Of a stretch of 64,000 bases of DNA, positions 41,617-51,882 are shown in pieces; positions within the stretch are counted from its first letter, which is position 1; every line of letters begins with the position of its first letter. A program made the position numbers and the translations under genes. This stretch comes from an uncultured Bacilli bacterium (GTDB lineage Bacteria; Bacillota_I; Bacilli_A; RF39; UBA660): positions 7,153 through 71,152 of the forward strand of contig CAKPKL010000003.1 of assembly GCA_934167485.1 (NCBI GenBank), given 5' to 3'. The notes beneath the pieces were generated by a model. That model was not told where the DNA came from, ran no database searches, and saw nothing but the letters and a program-made list of their open reading frames with translations.

Positions 41617-44600
41617 ACGTAGTTTCCTTTATACCAGTTACTGATTGATTATAAACTATAGCGTGTTCTATAATCCTATTACATTTCTTTCCAAAAGCCA
41701 TAGAATAGTTTTTATCTAAAAATTTTAAATTGGCATTTATACTATTACACCTTAATAACCCTAATAGTTGAATTACTAACATTTCTTTATTTTCTAAAGT
41801 ACAATTAATATTATCATCTATAATTTGTCTTAATTGTTCTGCTAAATTATTGTATAGTTTATAAGTTGTAGCTATTTTATTATAAATAGCTTCTATTAAT
41901 GACTTAATATTCTGCTCATAACTTACATCATCTATAGCATTTTTCTTTTTATTCAATAAACGATTTAGAGTATTTTTGTATTTTATCATGTCTGATTTAT
42001 TAATAGATAATTCTAACGAATTACAAACTTCAACTTTATCTGTTGCACCAACCAAACTACATATTTGTTCATTCCAATCCAACTTAGTAAAGAAAGGAAT
42101 AGGTTTAGAAATTATTTTATAATTATCATTATCTTCTAATGATAATAAATTTTTAATATATTGTTCTTTTAATAATTCATTTTTAACTTTATCTATATAA
42201 ATAGGTATTCCTATCATCTTTTGCGATTCTTTTCCATTTTTAGTAAATCTTACAACAATAGCATAAGATGGGTTTAAACTTGTATATGACCCATATAATT
42301 TAGTAGGCATATTACCTTTTAATGGTACTCCACTTTGTCCTTTTTTATTCTTTGTTTGATTATATAACTCACCTGTTTTTATTTCTGTTTTTTTACTTAT
42401 AAGAATATCATTTCTATAATAAGTATTTTCTATATTTCTGTTAAATTCAGAAGCCTCAAACAATACTTCTCCAGTTTTCTGATCAACTAAGTTTCCAGTA
42501 ATTTTATTAACAACATCACTTAATTCATTATCTAATGAATTAATAACAAAACCATAGTTTAGTTTTTTATAATCTTTCATTTTTATTAAATATGCATTTA
42601 TTTCTTTTACCATATCATAATTTAAATTTTTCTTCATGAATTTTTCTTTATATTCACCTAGTACTGCAGTTAAATATGCATCAAAAGCATGATGATAATC
42701 ATTTAAATCTCTAAATTTATATAATTCATATCTTTCTCTATAATTATGAGATAAATTAGCTTTTAAATAAACAATTTTGGTATCATATAAATTCTTTATT
42801 ATGTTGGCTACATGTTTTGTTATTTGTCTAGTTTCAACTAATTGTCTATTAATAAATCCCTGAATATCTTCATCTTTATATGCTTTTCTTGTTAATCTAT
42901 AAAACTTTTTAGCTGACATAAGATTTATTTTTTTTAAATGTTCCCACCATCTTATCATATTTGTCGTCCTATAGTTTTCTGGTAACACTAATTTATCTTT
43001 TTTATTTTGATTATAATCTCTATAAACAAGTGCTTTATTATCAATTGAATCATCCTTAATCAAACTTTGAGGTAATATATGATCAACCTCTACACTATTT
43101 GTTTTTAAGTCTTCTATATTAATTGATTTACCAGAATATAAACATTTTCCTTCTTGAATGAAATACAAAAATAATTTTACAGAATCTATCTTTTCTTGTT
43201 GTTTTAATTCTTTTTCTATTTTTAGTAAATTACCATTATATTCATCTACATTTTTCTTGGCTTCTGCATATATTTTTTCTAGATATTTCTTTCTATCATC
43301 TCTACGCTCTTTTTTGCCATCTTCTCTTGCCATTTCTATCATAACAGTTTTAGGTTTATATCCCATTATTTTTATTATCTCGTCAACAACTTTTAATGAT
43401 TGATATATTCCCCTTTTTATTGCTGGAGAAGTTGCTAAATTTTCTACTAATGAATAATTTAATTTAATATTTCCACTTACATTATTCTCTTCATTAATTT
43501 TATCTTGAAATTTATATTTATCATTATTTATTATTTGAATAAAATTCTCTTCTGTTTCATACATTAAATCTATAATTGATTTATTGATACCACTTTTTTC
43601 ATCTTTATAATAAATATCTTTTAATAGTTTTCTTGATAGTTCTCCCCATCCACTATATTTTTTATTAATTATTTTGTTTATTTGACTATCATTTAATTCA
43701 ACATATTTATTTCTAACTTTTTTCTCTAATATATCTTTATCATCAAAAATAGTTATCCATTCTATTATTTCATCAGCAGCTTCTTCATTATAAGAAGTTC
43801 CAACAAATATTCCATCATCTCCATAAAAATCGATATATGATTGCATATTATTAGCAAACTTACCATCCGCAGAATAACCGGTAACATTAATATCATTTTC
43901 AAACATTTCAAAATCTTTTGAAGAATGAATATATTCTTTGAATTTTTTATCAGTAATTGAACCTCTAGTTTTCATAAATAAATCAGTAAGTATTTTGTTT
44001 TGAATATCATTATCTATTTTATTTCCATTTATTTTAATTTGTTTTAATTCGTTCAATACTTTAAATTTACAATAAAGTATGGAATTATTAGCTAAAGCGT
44101 CTTCTTTTAATAAATAAGTACATTTTGATGTCATTCTTTTTATAAATTTCTCTGCCGTTGTTTCTTTATCAATTACTTCATCAAAGTTATAAGGTGTTAT
44201 TTTAACATTATCTTTTCTTTCTAACCATGCAAACTTACTTTTTTTATTTAATGGACCAATATAGTATGGAATTTTAAATTCTAATAATTTTGTAATTTTA
44301 TATTCATCATTTACTTTATCTAATAAAAACGGATAATATTTACCTTGATTTTCTATTATTTTAATTAATTCATTCATATTTATTTGATAAGGATATTTCC
44401 CATTTTCAGAATTAGTAATTCTAGGCAAAAACTCACTATTTTCTAATCTTAATTTATTTTGATTATATTTTTCTATTAAAGATACATTTGTAATCTTATC
44501 AAATAATTCAGGAAAATAACTATCTAATTTCTTTTTAAATTCATCTACTGTTATTTTATTGTGTATATACTGTTCATATATGCAAATATATTCTTTATCT

Positions 44601-45670
44601 TTCTTAGTAGCTTTCTTACTTCTAAACATTTCATTATATTTTTTTCTATTATAATTGAACATTTCCTTCAATAATTTTAAATCCCTTTGATGTTCTTCAT
44701 ATTTATCTGTCATTAAATAAGAAATACTTATATAATTACGTCCTTTAAATATTTTTTTTAGAAAAACCATATCATATAATTCTTTTAATAGCTCTAAAGT
44801 ACTTAACTCATCACCTAATAATTTTTCTAAGTCATCATATTTATCATCAAAATCTGTACCACTAAAACTAATAGATATTTTATTTTCACTATCAATTGCA
44901 AATAAATCTTTAACAACAAATTTACCACCTGTTATTAATTTTCCAAATTCACTAGCAAATTTTTTATTTTCTGAAATATCATATAATTCTTTTTTTAAAT
45001 TTACTTTAATATCATTTTTAGATTTATCCATTATTATATTTTTTAATTCTTCATAATCAATTTGATTTAAAATATCTTCAGAAATATTAAGCCTGCTAAC
45101 AGTTTCTGATAGTTCTCTAAATACATCTTTTAATTTACCAACTAAATTTAAATCATTTGCATTGAATTTACCATTATATAAAAAGTTTCCTCTGTATTTA
45201 ATAATATGATGTATTGCTAAATATACTAATCTTATATCTTCTTTAGAATCATCATCAATTAATCTTTTTCTCAAATGATAAATAGTTTTATATTTTTCAT
45301 TATATTCTCTTATCTTAGCTTTTTCATCAGTGCTAAGAAAAATTGTTTTATTTATACTATCCTTTTCATGATATTTAGATTCTTGTAATTTTTGAAAAAA
45401 ATTAGGATCTACTTTATTTATTTCACCTTTAAATTCTTCTTGAAGTAATCTAATTCTCTCTCGTCTTCTAGCATATCTACGTCTAGTACTACGAAATCCT
45501 CTTCTTCCTTCAGCGGTATTTGCAGTATCAAAAAGTCTTACTCCCCATAAAGCTTTTCTGTTTTTTCCTGTACCTTTTCTAATTATTTTTTGAGTTTTAT
45601 CTTCTACTACTGCCCAACCTACAGAAGTAGTTCCTATATCTAAACCTATATTATAATTTTTCTTTTCCAT
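41606..45670 (-). CDS. cas9: Cas9 endonuclease (type II-A); start taken at MEKKNYNIGLD with RBS ttGGAGGtttgtcaaATG
   Basis: RuvC-I IGLDIGTTSVGWAVV, HNH VDHILPQSLIKDDSIDNKAL, arginine-rich bridge helix RRRYARRRERIRLL. About 1354 aa. Confidence 0.9.
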   Translation of the reverse strand: MEKKNYNIGLDIGTTSVGWAVVEDKTQKIIRKGTGKNRKALWGVRLFDTANTAEGRRGFRSTRRRYARRRERIRLLQEEFKGEINKVDPNFFQKLQESKYHEKDSINKTIFLSTDEKAKIREYNEKYKTIYHLRKRLIDDDSKEDIRLVYLAIHHIIKYRGNFLYNGKFNANDLNLVGKLKDVFRELSETVSRLNISEDILNQIDYEELKNIIMDKSKNDIKVNLKKELYDISENKKFASEFGKLITGGKFVVKDLFAIDSENKISISFSGTDFDDKYDDLEKLLGDELSTLELLKELYDMVFLKKIFKGRNYISISYLMTDKYEEHQRDLKLLKEMFNYNRKKYNEMFRSKKATKKDKEYICIYEQYIHNKITVDEFKKKLDSYFPELFDKITNVSLIEKYNQNKLRLENSEFLPRITNSENGKYPYQINMNELIKIIENQGKYYPFLLDKVNDEYKITKLLEFKIPYYIGPLNKKSKFAWLERKDNVKITPYNFDEVIDKETTAEKFIKRMTSKCTYLLKEDALANNSILYCKFKVLNELKQIKINGNKIDNDIQNKILTDLFMKTRGSITDKKFKEYIHSSKDFEMFENDINVTGYSADGKFANNMQSYIDFYGDDGIFVGTSYNEEAADEIIEWITIFDDKDILEKKVRNKYVELNDSQINKIINKKYSGWGELSRKLLKDIYYKDEKSGINKSIIDLMYETEENFIQIINNDKYKFQDKINEENNVSGNIKLNYSLVENLATSPAIKRGIYQSLKVVDEIIKIMGYKPKTVMIEMAREDGKKERRDDRKKYLEKIYAEAKKNVDEYNGNLLKIEKELKQQEKIDSVKLFLYFIQEGKCLYSGKSINIEDLKTNSVEVDHILPQSLIKDDSIDNKALVYRDYNQNKKDKLVLPENYRTTNMIRWWEHLKKINLMSAKKFYRLTRKAYKDEDIQGFINRQLVETRQITKHVANIIKNLYDTKIVYLKANLSHNYRERYELYKFRDLNDYHHAFDAYLTAVLGEYKEKFMKKNLNYDMVKEINAYLIKMKDYKKLNYGFVINSLDNELSDVVNKITGNLVDQKTGEVLFEASEFNRNIENTYYRNDILISKKTEIKTGELYNQTKNKKGQSGVPLKGNMPTKLYGSYTSLNPSYAIVVRFTKNGKESQKMIGIPIYIDKVKNELLKEQYIKNLLSLEDNDNYKIISKPIPFFTKLDWNEQICSLVGATDKVEVCNSLELSINKSDMIKYKNTLNRLLNKKKNAIDDVSYEQNIKSLIEAIYNKIATTYKLYNNLAEQLRQIIDDNINCTLENKEMLVIQLLGLLRCNSINANLKFLDKNYSMAFGKKCNRIIEHAIVYNQSVTGIKETTYEF

Positions 45671-45699
45671 TTGACAAACCTCCAATTTTTTGGTATTAT

Positions 45700-45801
45700 T
45701 AAATTGTCTTAATACCATTTAAGATGACATAGAGAGTTAAAATAAAGCTTTTAAGCCTAAATGCTCACTAAGTGTTCGAACGGTTAGCCGTTCTTTTTTT
45801 T
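45700..45801 (+). ncRNA. tracrRNA candidate, divergent from cas9
   Basis: Anti-repeat cttaataccatttaagatgacatag pairs with crRNA repeat 5'-GUUUUAGAACUAUGUCAUCUUAAAUGGUAUU. Followed by agaGUUAAAAUAAagc (S. pyogenes-like nexus) and hairpin gaacgg-ttag-ccgttc + T8 terminator. Confidence 0.6.
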
Positions 45802-45924
45802 GTGTCACTATTAGTATATCATATTTTAGTAAATAATAATAGATAAATGTTTCATTAATAGTGCAAAATGTTTAAAGCAAACGTAATAGAATATTTAAAT
45901 AATTTAATAAAAAAAGATGAATTT

Positions 45925-47157
45925 TTAAATTTTCATCTTTCTTATTTTATTTACTTCAATAAGTAAAAATAACATCGCTAAAAAGCACACACAACTAAGA
46001 ACTAAAACTATAGATAGATATTTATCTTTTTCTTTCATTAATTTATCAATCATATAAGTATTATATCTTTGTACTGAATTTTCTTCTACATCATACAAAT
46101 AATAACCCTCATGACCTGTCATAGTATTAGTCGCATATATTAAATAATAATCATCTAAATCTTCTACTTTATATGCGGTTACTTCTTCTCCATTTATTTT
46201 AATTTTTTTCTTAGTATAGGAACTTTTCTTATCTTCATGAATATATAAATTCATTCTATTAAACTCATACTCTTTATATATACTGTATTTATCAGTTTTT
46301 GAATCATATGCATACAAACCTATATCCCCATCACTATTTTTTAATCCAACTAAAGTTATCTTTGTAACTTCATTATATAAAGTAGGAATATCGAAATCTG
46401 ATATCTTTACAGTATCTTCTTTATAACCATCTTTTGTACCAATCAATTCTCTTTTTTTGATGACTCTATACTTCTTACCATTTATTTCTACCTCAATAGG
46501 ATCTTTTTCTTCCATATTAGCTGTAATCTTATATGTCTTTTCATTTCCATTTTGAGCTATTACAACAATATTTATAGTATTAACGCCTTCACTTACTTGT
46601 ACCTCTCCTGCACCTTTTATAGATGCACTATTATGTTCAGCTACTGCTTTAACATTAATTTTTTCAGTTCCAGGAATAAGCTCTATAGTATATTCCAATG
46701 TATCCTTATTAAAAGCTGTGTTTAATTCATATCCATCAACACTTAAGCTTTTTAAATTATTATTACTACTATATGTTTTATTTATTTCAATTGGTTTTGT
46801 TGTACTCTTTTTTATAACATTAATTGTAATAGAACGACTTCCAGTAAATTCATTACCATCGCCATCTGAAACCTCTGTAGCATTTACAGTTATGGTAGCA
46901 CTCCCTACTTGATTAGCTGTAAAATATAAATCGACTGATGAATTTTCTAACCATTTTGAATCACCACCAGCAAGTACATTACCATTTGATGACGTTATAT
47001 CAAATCTACCAGTTAATCCACTTGCTTCAACTGTAACTTTAACACTATTTCCTACATAAACAGTAGTATTTGCATTTATACTAAAAGCATCTACTTTATT
47101 TACTCCTATAAAAATAGTTAACAAAAGTAAAAATAATATATATTTTATTTTTTTCAC
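45925..47157 (-). CDS. cell-surface protein with signal peptide, Ig/cadherin-like beta-sandwich repeats and C-terminal TM anchor
   Basis: MKKIKYILFLLLLTIFIGVNKVDA signal. LKSLSVDGYELNTAFNKDTLEYTI cadherin-like beta-sandwich motif. C-terminal hydrophobic segment then KIRKMKI. Confidence 0.5.
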   Translation of the reverse strand: MKKIKYILFLLLLTIFIGVNKVDAFSINANTTVYVGNSVKVTVEASGLTGRFDITSSNGNVLAGGDSKWLENSSVDLYFTANQVGSATITVNATEVSDGDGNEFTGSRSITINVIKKSTTKPIEINKTYSSNNNLKSLSVDGYELNTAFNKDTLEYTIELIPGTEKINVKAVAEHNSASIKGAGEVQVSEGVNTINIVVIAQNGNEKTYKITANMEEKDPIEVEINGKKYRVIKKRELIGTKDGYKEDTVKISDFDIPTLYNEVTKITLVGLKNSDGDIGLYAYDSKTDKYSIYKEYEFNRMNLYIHEDKKSSYTKKKIKINGEEVTAYKVEDLDDYYLIYATNTMTGHEGYYLYDVEENSVQRYNTYMIDKLMKEKDKYLSIVLVLSCVCFLAMLFLLIEVNKIRKMKI

Positions 47158-47167
47158 AATTTACCTC

Positions 47168-49249
47168 CTATTGATTGATTGTTCCAGCACCCATAATCAT
47201 ATTTTTTATTTTTACATAATCTGTTGCTTTTACTTGACCATTATGATCAACATCAGCAGCTTCTAAATATGCACCTGACAATGTAATACTTCCCATTATT
47301 TTATTTTTAATTAAAACATAATCTGTTGCTTTTATCTTTCCATCGCCATTTACATCACCATAAATAACTATTTCATACTCTTTAGTTTCTGAACCAATTG
47401 TAATAATTACTTTATCACCGGTTGCGACAACACCAGATTGTTTATCTTGATTTAATTTATTTCTCAAACTTACAACTGCATTTGAATTAGCATTTGTAAT
47501 TCTTGTTCTAATAGCTGATATATCACTTCCTACATTAAATCCACTTAAATATTTATCATTATTTTTAATACCAGCATTATTTAAAGTGGTTGTAACATCT
47601 ATTGGATCATCTATCTTTGTACCTGTTAATATAAAGTTTATTTTATAATATTTAATATCTCCATTTTGAGCTGTTACTTTAAGAGTTTTAGATGTGTTTT
47701 CATTTATATCAAATGTTCCTAATCCACTAATTGTTGCAGATCCATTTACTGGTTTTGCTTCTATTTTAACCTTAGGAGTATTAATATCTACATAATAATT
47801 ATATTCTTCAATATCACCATCAAAATCCGCAACTTTCTTATCATTAATAACTATTTCACTTAAATAATTATTTGGCCATCCACTTCTTACACTTGCATCT
47901 GGAAGTGCGGTAGATGCAGGCATATCACGATATACAGGAATAAAGAAAACATAACTTAAATCAAGTAATCCATTTTCATAATAAGCTCTATATGTAGAAT
48001 GTCCCTCTGTTGATGGAGCTGATATATCTTGCATATATTGATGAGTGTAATTAGCATGATTTGGAGTCTTTCCGCTTCTTACTAAATAGTTATAAACTAC
48101 ATCAAACTTTTTAAAATACCCTGTATCTTGGCCATAAGATAGATAATTCTTTTTAATCCATTTTGCTCCACCTACTATAGCCCTATATTGAGTATTCCAT
48201 GGCTTTAATACATCTTCTTCTGTACCTGCAGCAAAATCAAGTCCTCTATACACAGGGTTTGATCCACTAGTAGCACCTATATTATAAAAGTTATACATAC
48301 CATTATATTGTCCATTAATTGCAGTACCAGGAGTAGCTCCATTTGAAACTTCTCCTTTAGATAAAGACGCTAAATATATAGGACATACACCACTTTGTTT
48401 ACCAGCCTCTAAAAATGTATCAGTAAAACTTGCTAAATAATCTGAACCAAATATACTTTTAATACTTTCTTTCATTTTATCATCACTGGAACTTGTGTCA
48501 TATGCCAAAGACTTAAATTGAAAAATATACATATCTCTTAGAAAATTTCTAGGATCCAAATAATAAGATATTGTTTGAGTGTTTATTCTATACCAAGGAT
48601 CACTACCTGTTACATCATCAAAAGCAATATAATAATCATCCTTGTAATTAAATGAACTAGGTCCTACTTCTAGATAAGCATAATTATTTGACATACTTCT
48701 TCTAAGTAAACTTCTAGAACCATACCACTCATTTTGTACCACTTCTTCAAAAGTTAATTCAGTATCTATAGCAACGAAATTCCAGTTAGGATGAGCACTT
48801 TTTAAGAAAGCTAAATTATCCCAATAACTCTCAGGAAAACCAGCATTTTTAAATTGATTTTTTAAATAATCATTAAGAAGTGAATCCTTCTTTAAATTAG
48901 CATTACAAAAATATCCTTCATAAGTCTTTCCTACACTATCGAAATAAAATGTAGCCTTAACATAGTAATCACTACATAAATTAGTATCTTTGGTTGCTAC
49001 CTGTTCTCCATTTTCTATTATAGTTACTACATCACCAGTATCAAGAGCATACAATCCACTCGATACAGAATTTAAATTTTTATCTTTATAAAAACAAGAT
49101 GAACCATTATAAACTTTTCCATTTATTGGGCATTTAGTATTAGCCGGATTCATAACAGTTGCTTTATAATCAGCTTGTACATGATCTATAAATAAAAGAG
49201 ATGATATAACAAAAGTAACAATAAATAAATATTTATATGCCATTTTCAT
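47168..49249 (-). CDS. secreted glycoside/peptidoglycan-hydrolase-like protein with C-terminal dockerin-type repeats
   Basis: Signal peptide. Central domain (YLDPRNF...). C-terminal paired Ca-binding repeats DVNGDGKIKATDYVLIKN...DVDHNGQVKATDYVKIKN typical of dockerin type I. Confidence 0.5.
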   Translation of the reverse strand: MKMAYKYLFIVTFVISSLLFIDHVQADYKATVMNPANTKCPINGKVYNGSSCFYKDKNLNSVSSGLYALDTGDVVTIIENGEQVATKDTNLCSDYYVKATFYFDSVGKTYEGYFCNANLKKDSLLNDYLKNQFKNAGFPESYWDNLAFLKSAHPNWNFVAIDTELTFEEVVQNEWYGSRSLLRRSMSNNYAYLEVGPSSFNYKDDYYIAFDDVTGSDPWYRINTQTISYYLDPRNFLRDMYIFQFKSLAYDTSSSDDKMKESIKSIFGSDYLASFTDTFLEAGKQSGVCPIYLASLSKGEVSNGATPGTAINGQYNGMYNFYNIGATSGSNPVYRGLDFAAGTEEDVLKPWNTQYRAIVGGAKWIKKNYLSYGQDTGYFKKFDVVYNYLVRSGKTPNHANYTHQYMQDISAPSTEGHSTYRAYYENGLLDLSYVFFIPVYRDMPASTALPDASVRSGWPNNYLSEIVINDKKVADFDGDIEEYNYYVDINTPKVKIEAKPVNGSATISGLGTFDINENTSKTLKVTAQNGDIKYYKINFILTGTKIDDPIDVTTTLNNAGIKNNDKYLSGFNVGSDISAIRTRITNANSNAVVSLRNKLNQDKQSGVVATGDKVIITIGSETKEYEIVIYGDVNGDGKIKATDYVLIKNKIMGSITLSGAYLEAADVDHNGQVKATDYVKIKNMIMGAGTINQ

Positions 49250-49321
49250 TTATACCACCTACCTTCTATTCCATTATATCAAATTATATAAAAAATGTAT
49301 AGTATAGGTACCTTATTTCCA

Positions 49322-49858
49322 TTATTTACATGTATATATTTTTACATTTTTACTACCATACTTTTTATTTTTTATAAGTTCCAATATATCATTATCTACA
49401 AGTTCACCTTCATACTCACATATAACAATACCATTTTTTGATAGTAAATTATATCCTACAATTTTATTTAAACAATCATTTATAAGATTTAATTTATATG
49501 GAGGATCTAAAAATATAATATCAAATTTAATATTACTATTTTTAAATAATTCTAATGCATTTTTATAATCCATTTTAAGTATATCAATATCATCTTTCAT
49601 ATTATTTGTATTAGTTTTTATTATATTTATTAATTCTATATTATTATCAATAAAATAACATTTAGAGGCTCCATTACTTATAGCTTCTATTCCAAGAGAA
49701 CCACTACCAGCAAAAAGATCTAGAACAACACTATTTTTAATATGATTTTGAATCATACCAAATAATGATTCTTTTACTCTATCCATAGTAGGTCTTGTAC
49801 CATCTATATTAAATCCTATTAAATTCTTACCTTTATATTTTCCACTTATAACTCTCAT
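49322..49858 (-). CDS. rsmD: 16S rRNA (guanine966-N2)-methyltransferase RsmD
   Basis: MRVISGKYKGKNL...TRPTMDRVKESLFGMI...LDLFAGSGSLGIEAISNGA...LDPPY. Confidence 0.8.
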   Translation of the reverse strand: MRVISGKYKGKNLIGFNIDGTRPTMDRVKESLFGMIQNHIKNSVVLDLFAGSGSLGIEAISNGASKCYFIDNNIELINIIKTNTNNMKDDIDILKMDYKNALELFKNSNIKFDIIFLDPPYKLNLINDCLNKIVGYNLLSKNGIVICEYEGELVDNDILELIKNKKYGSKNVKIYTCK

Positions 49859-49892
49859 GATATCACCAATATAATTCTATCACATTTTAAAT

Positions 49893-50114
49893 TTATTTTA
49901 AAGAAGAAATAATCGCACTCACCATCTCAAATGTAGATAATGCTTTATTAAGTCTATCACTAGGTCTTAATTTATAATTAGTTTTTAATTCCTCTACAAA
50001 ACTAGAAAACATATCTGGATCCCTATTAAGAACTTTATACCAATATGAATTTTCATGTAAGTATTTTAAGTACATAGGATTACTTTTTAATTTAAATTGT
50101 AAATCTAAAGTCAT
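49893..50114 (-). CDS. small hypothetical protein (YlbE-like position next to rsmD)
   Basis: 73-aa ORF; placement by synteny only. Confidence 0.35.
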   Translation of the reverse strand: MTLDLQFKLKSNPMYLKYLHENSYWYKVLNRDPDMFSSFVEELKTNYKLRPSDRLNKALSTFEMVSAIISSLK

Positions 50115-50497
50115 TAATCCTCAAAATGTTTATAAAGAGGTCTTGGTTTATATTTAGGTTTAGAATCAGTACTACTACCATCCTTCTTAGAAAAATCTTG
50201 TACTACTCCTAGTACCCTTTGTACATTGCCAATTCCCTCCTGTATTCCATCTAAATCAACATTCTTAAACCAATTAACAACTTCACTTAAAGTAAGACCT
50301 GTAACACCCGTCTTTACTGCATTATTCGTAGTTGTTTTTGTTTCTTCTTTTTTTAAATATTCATCCCATATTTCATTAGATTCTCCATACAAATCATACA
50401 TTTCATAAAATTTTTGCCATGTCATAGTATTATTTTTTACATAAGTTATAAGTTTTGGATTCTTTCTTACAAATTCTTTAAATTCCTCTTTCTTCAT
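50114..50497 (-). CDS. hypothetical protein
   Basis: 127-aa ORF, start/stop overlap with the neighbouring gene. Confidence 0.4.
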   Translation of the reverse strand: MKKEEFKEFVRKNPKLITYVKNNTMTWQKFYEMYDLYGESNEIWDEYLKKEETKTTTNNAVKTGVTGLTLSEVVNWFKNVDLDGIQEGIGNVQRVLGVVQDFSKKDGSSTDSKPKYKPRPLYKHFED

Positions 50498-50556
50498 ATA
50501 ACCACCTATTAAAGTTTATGAAATTTATATTTAATTATTAACAAAAAAAAGTGTTA

Positions 50557-51828
50557 TTAATTACCTATACAATATGGGTATTTAACACCTTTTATAACTA
50601 CTTTTTTAATAACATTTAAATCATCTATAGTGCCTTTTGCTTTTACTAATAAATAATTACCAGTATGACCTATTATATAACCTTCTTTATAAACCTCAGG
50701 TAAAAACTCTACTTCTTTTCCTATAAATTTATTAAAATATTCTTCTTCTAATTTTTTACTTAATATAAGTAATCTCTTTACCCTTTCTTTCTTAATAGAA
50801 TTATCTATATGATTTGGCATATCCTCCGCTTTAGTTCCCTTTCTAAGTGAAAAAGGAAAAACATGTACTTTTGAAAATCCTATTTTTTTTATCGTATTTA
50901 ATGTTTCTAAAAAATCCTCTTCTTCCTCACCAGGAAACCCTACAATTACATCAGTTGTAATAGATATATTAGGTCTAATACTTCTTATTTCTTTTATTTT
51001 ATTTATAAAATATTCTTTATCATACTTTCTATTCATTAACTTCAATATCTTATCGCAACCACTTTGAATTGGAATATGCATGTGATCTACAAGAATTTTG
51101 CTTTTAGATAAAGTATCCATAAAATCATCATCTAACTCCGTTATCTCTATACTAGAAATTCTAAGTCTTTTAAGTCCTTTAATATTTTCTATTTCCCTTA
51201 ATAATTTAGAAAAAGTATAATTATTTAAATCACTACCATAATGTCCAGTATGTATACCAGTAAGAACAATCTCTTTATGACCATCATTTACTAAATTAGT
51301 TATTTCACTAATAACTACCTTAGGATCTTTACTACGAACTTTACCCCTTGAATATGGAATAATACAATAACTACAATAGTTCTCACAACCATCTTCTATC
51401 TTTACATATGCTCTAGTTTTATTAAAATTATTTAAGCACATATCTTCAAATCCTTTTTCCATAATATTCTCTACATCAATAATTGGTTTTCTATTCTTCT
51501 TATATTTTTCTATATAATCTACTATCTTACTTTTACCACTATTACCAAGTACTATTGATACATTTAAACTCTCTAATAATTTATAATTTACCTGAGTCAT
51601 ACATCCTACAGCTATTACAATACTATTTTTATTGTTATTTATAACATGTCTTATAGTCTTCAATGATTTATTATCACTTGTATTAGTTACTGTACAAGTA
51701 TTTATAATATAAATATCTGAATCATTTTCATTACCCTCTATATATCCATGATTTAATAACTTATCTCGCATTACATTAGATTCATAACTATTTACTTTAC
51801 AACCCAATGTATAAATATAAAACTTCAT
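50557..51828 (-). CDS. radical-SAM methylthiotransferase (MtaB/MiaB family)
   Basis: MKFYIYTLGCKVNSYES (UPF0004 N-domain). CENYCSYCIIP radical-SAM Cys triad. C-terminal TRAM-like domain. Confidence 0.8.
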   Translation of the reverse strand: MKFYIYTLGCKVNSYESNVMRDKLLNHGYIEGNENDSDIYIINTCTVTNTSDNKSLKTIRHVINNNKNSIVIAVGCMTQVNYKLLESLNVSIVLGNSGKSKIVDYIEKYKKNRKPIIDVENIMEKGFEDMCLNNFNKTRAYVKIEDGCENYCSYCIIPYSRGKVRSKDPKVVISEITNLVNDGHKEIVLTGIHTGHYGSDLNNYTFSKLLREIENIKGLKRLRISSIEITELDDDFMDTLSKSKILVDHMHIPIQSGCDKILKLMNRKYDKEYFINKIKEIRSIRPNISITTDVIVGFPGEEEEDFLETLNTIKKIGFSKVHVFPFSLRKGTKAEDMPNHIDNSIKKERVKRLLILSKKLEEEYFNKFIGKEVEFLPEVYKEGYIIGHTGNYLLVKAKGTIDDLNVIKKVVIKGVKYPYCIGN

Positions 51829-51882
51829 AACATCACCTACTCAATTATACAATAAAAAAGATATTATTTAAATATCTTTCAA

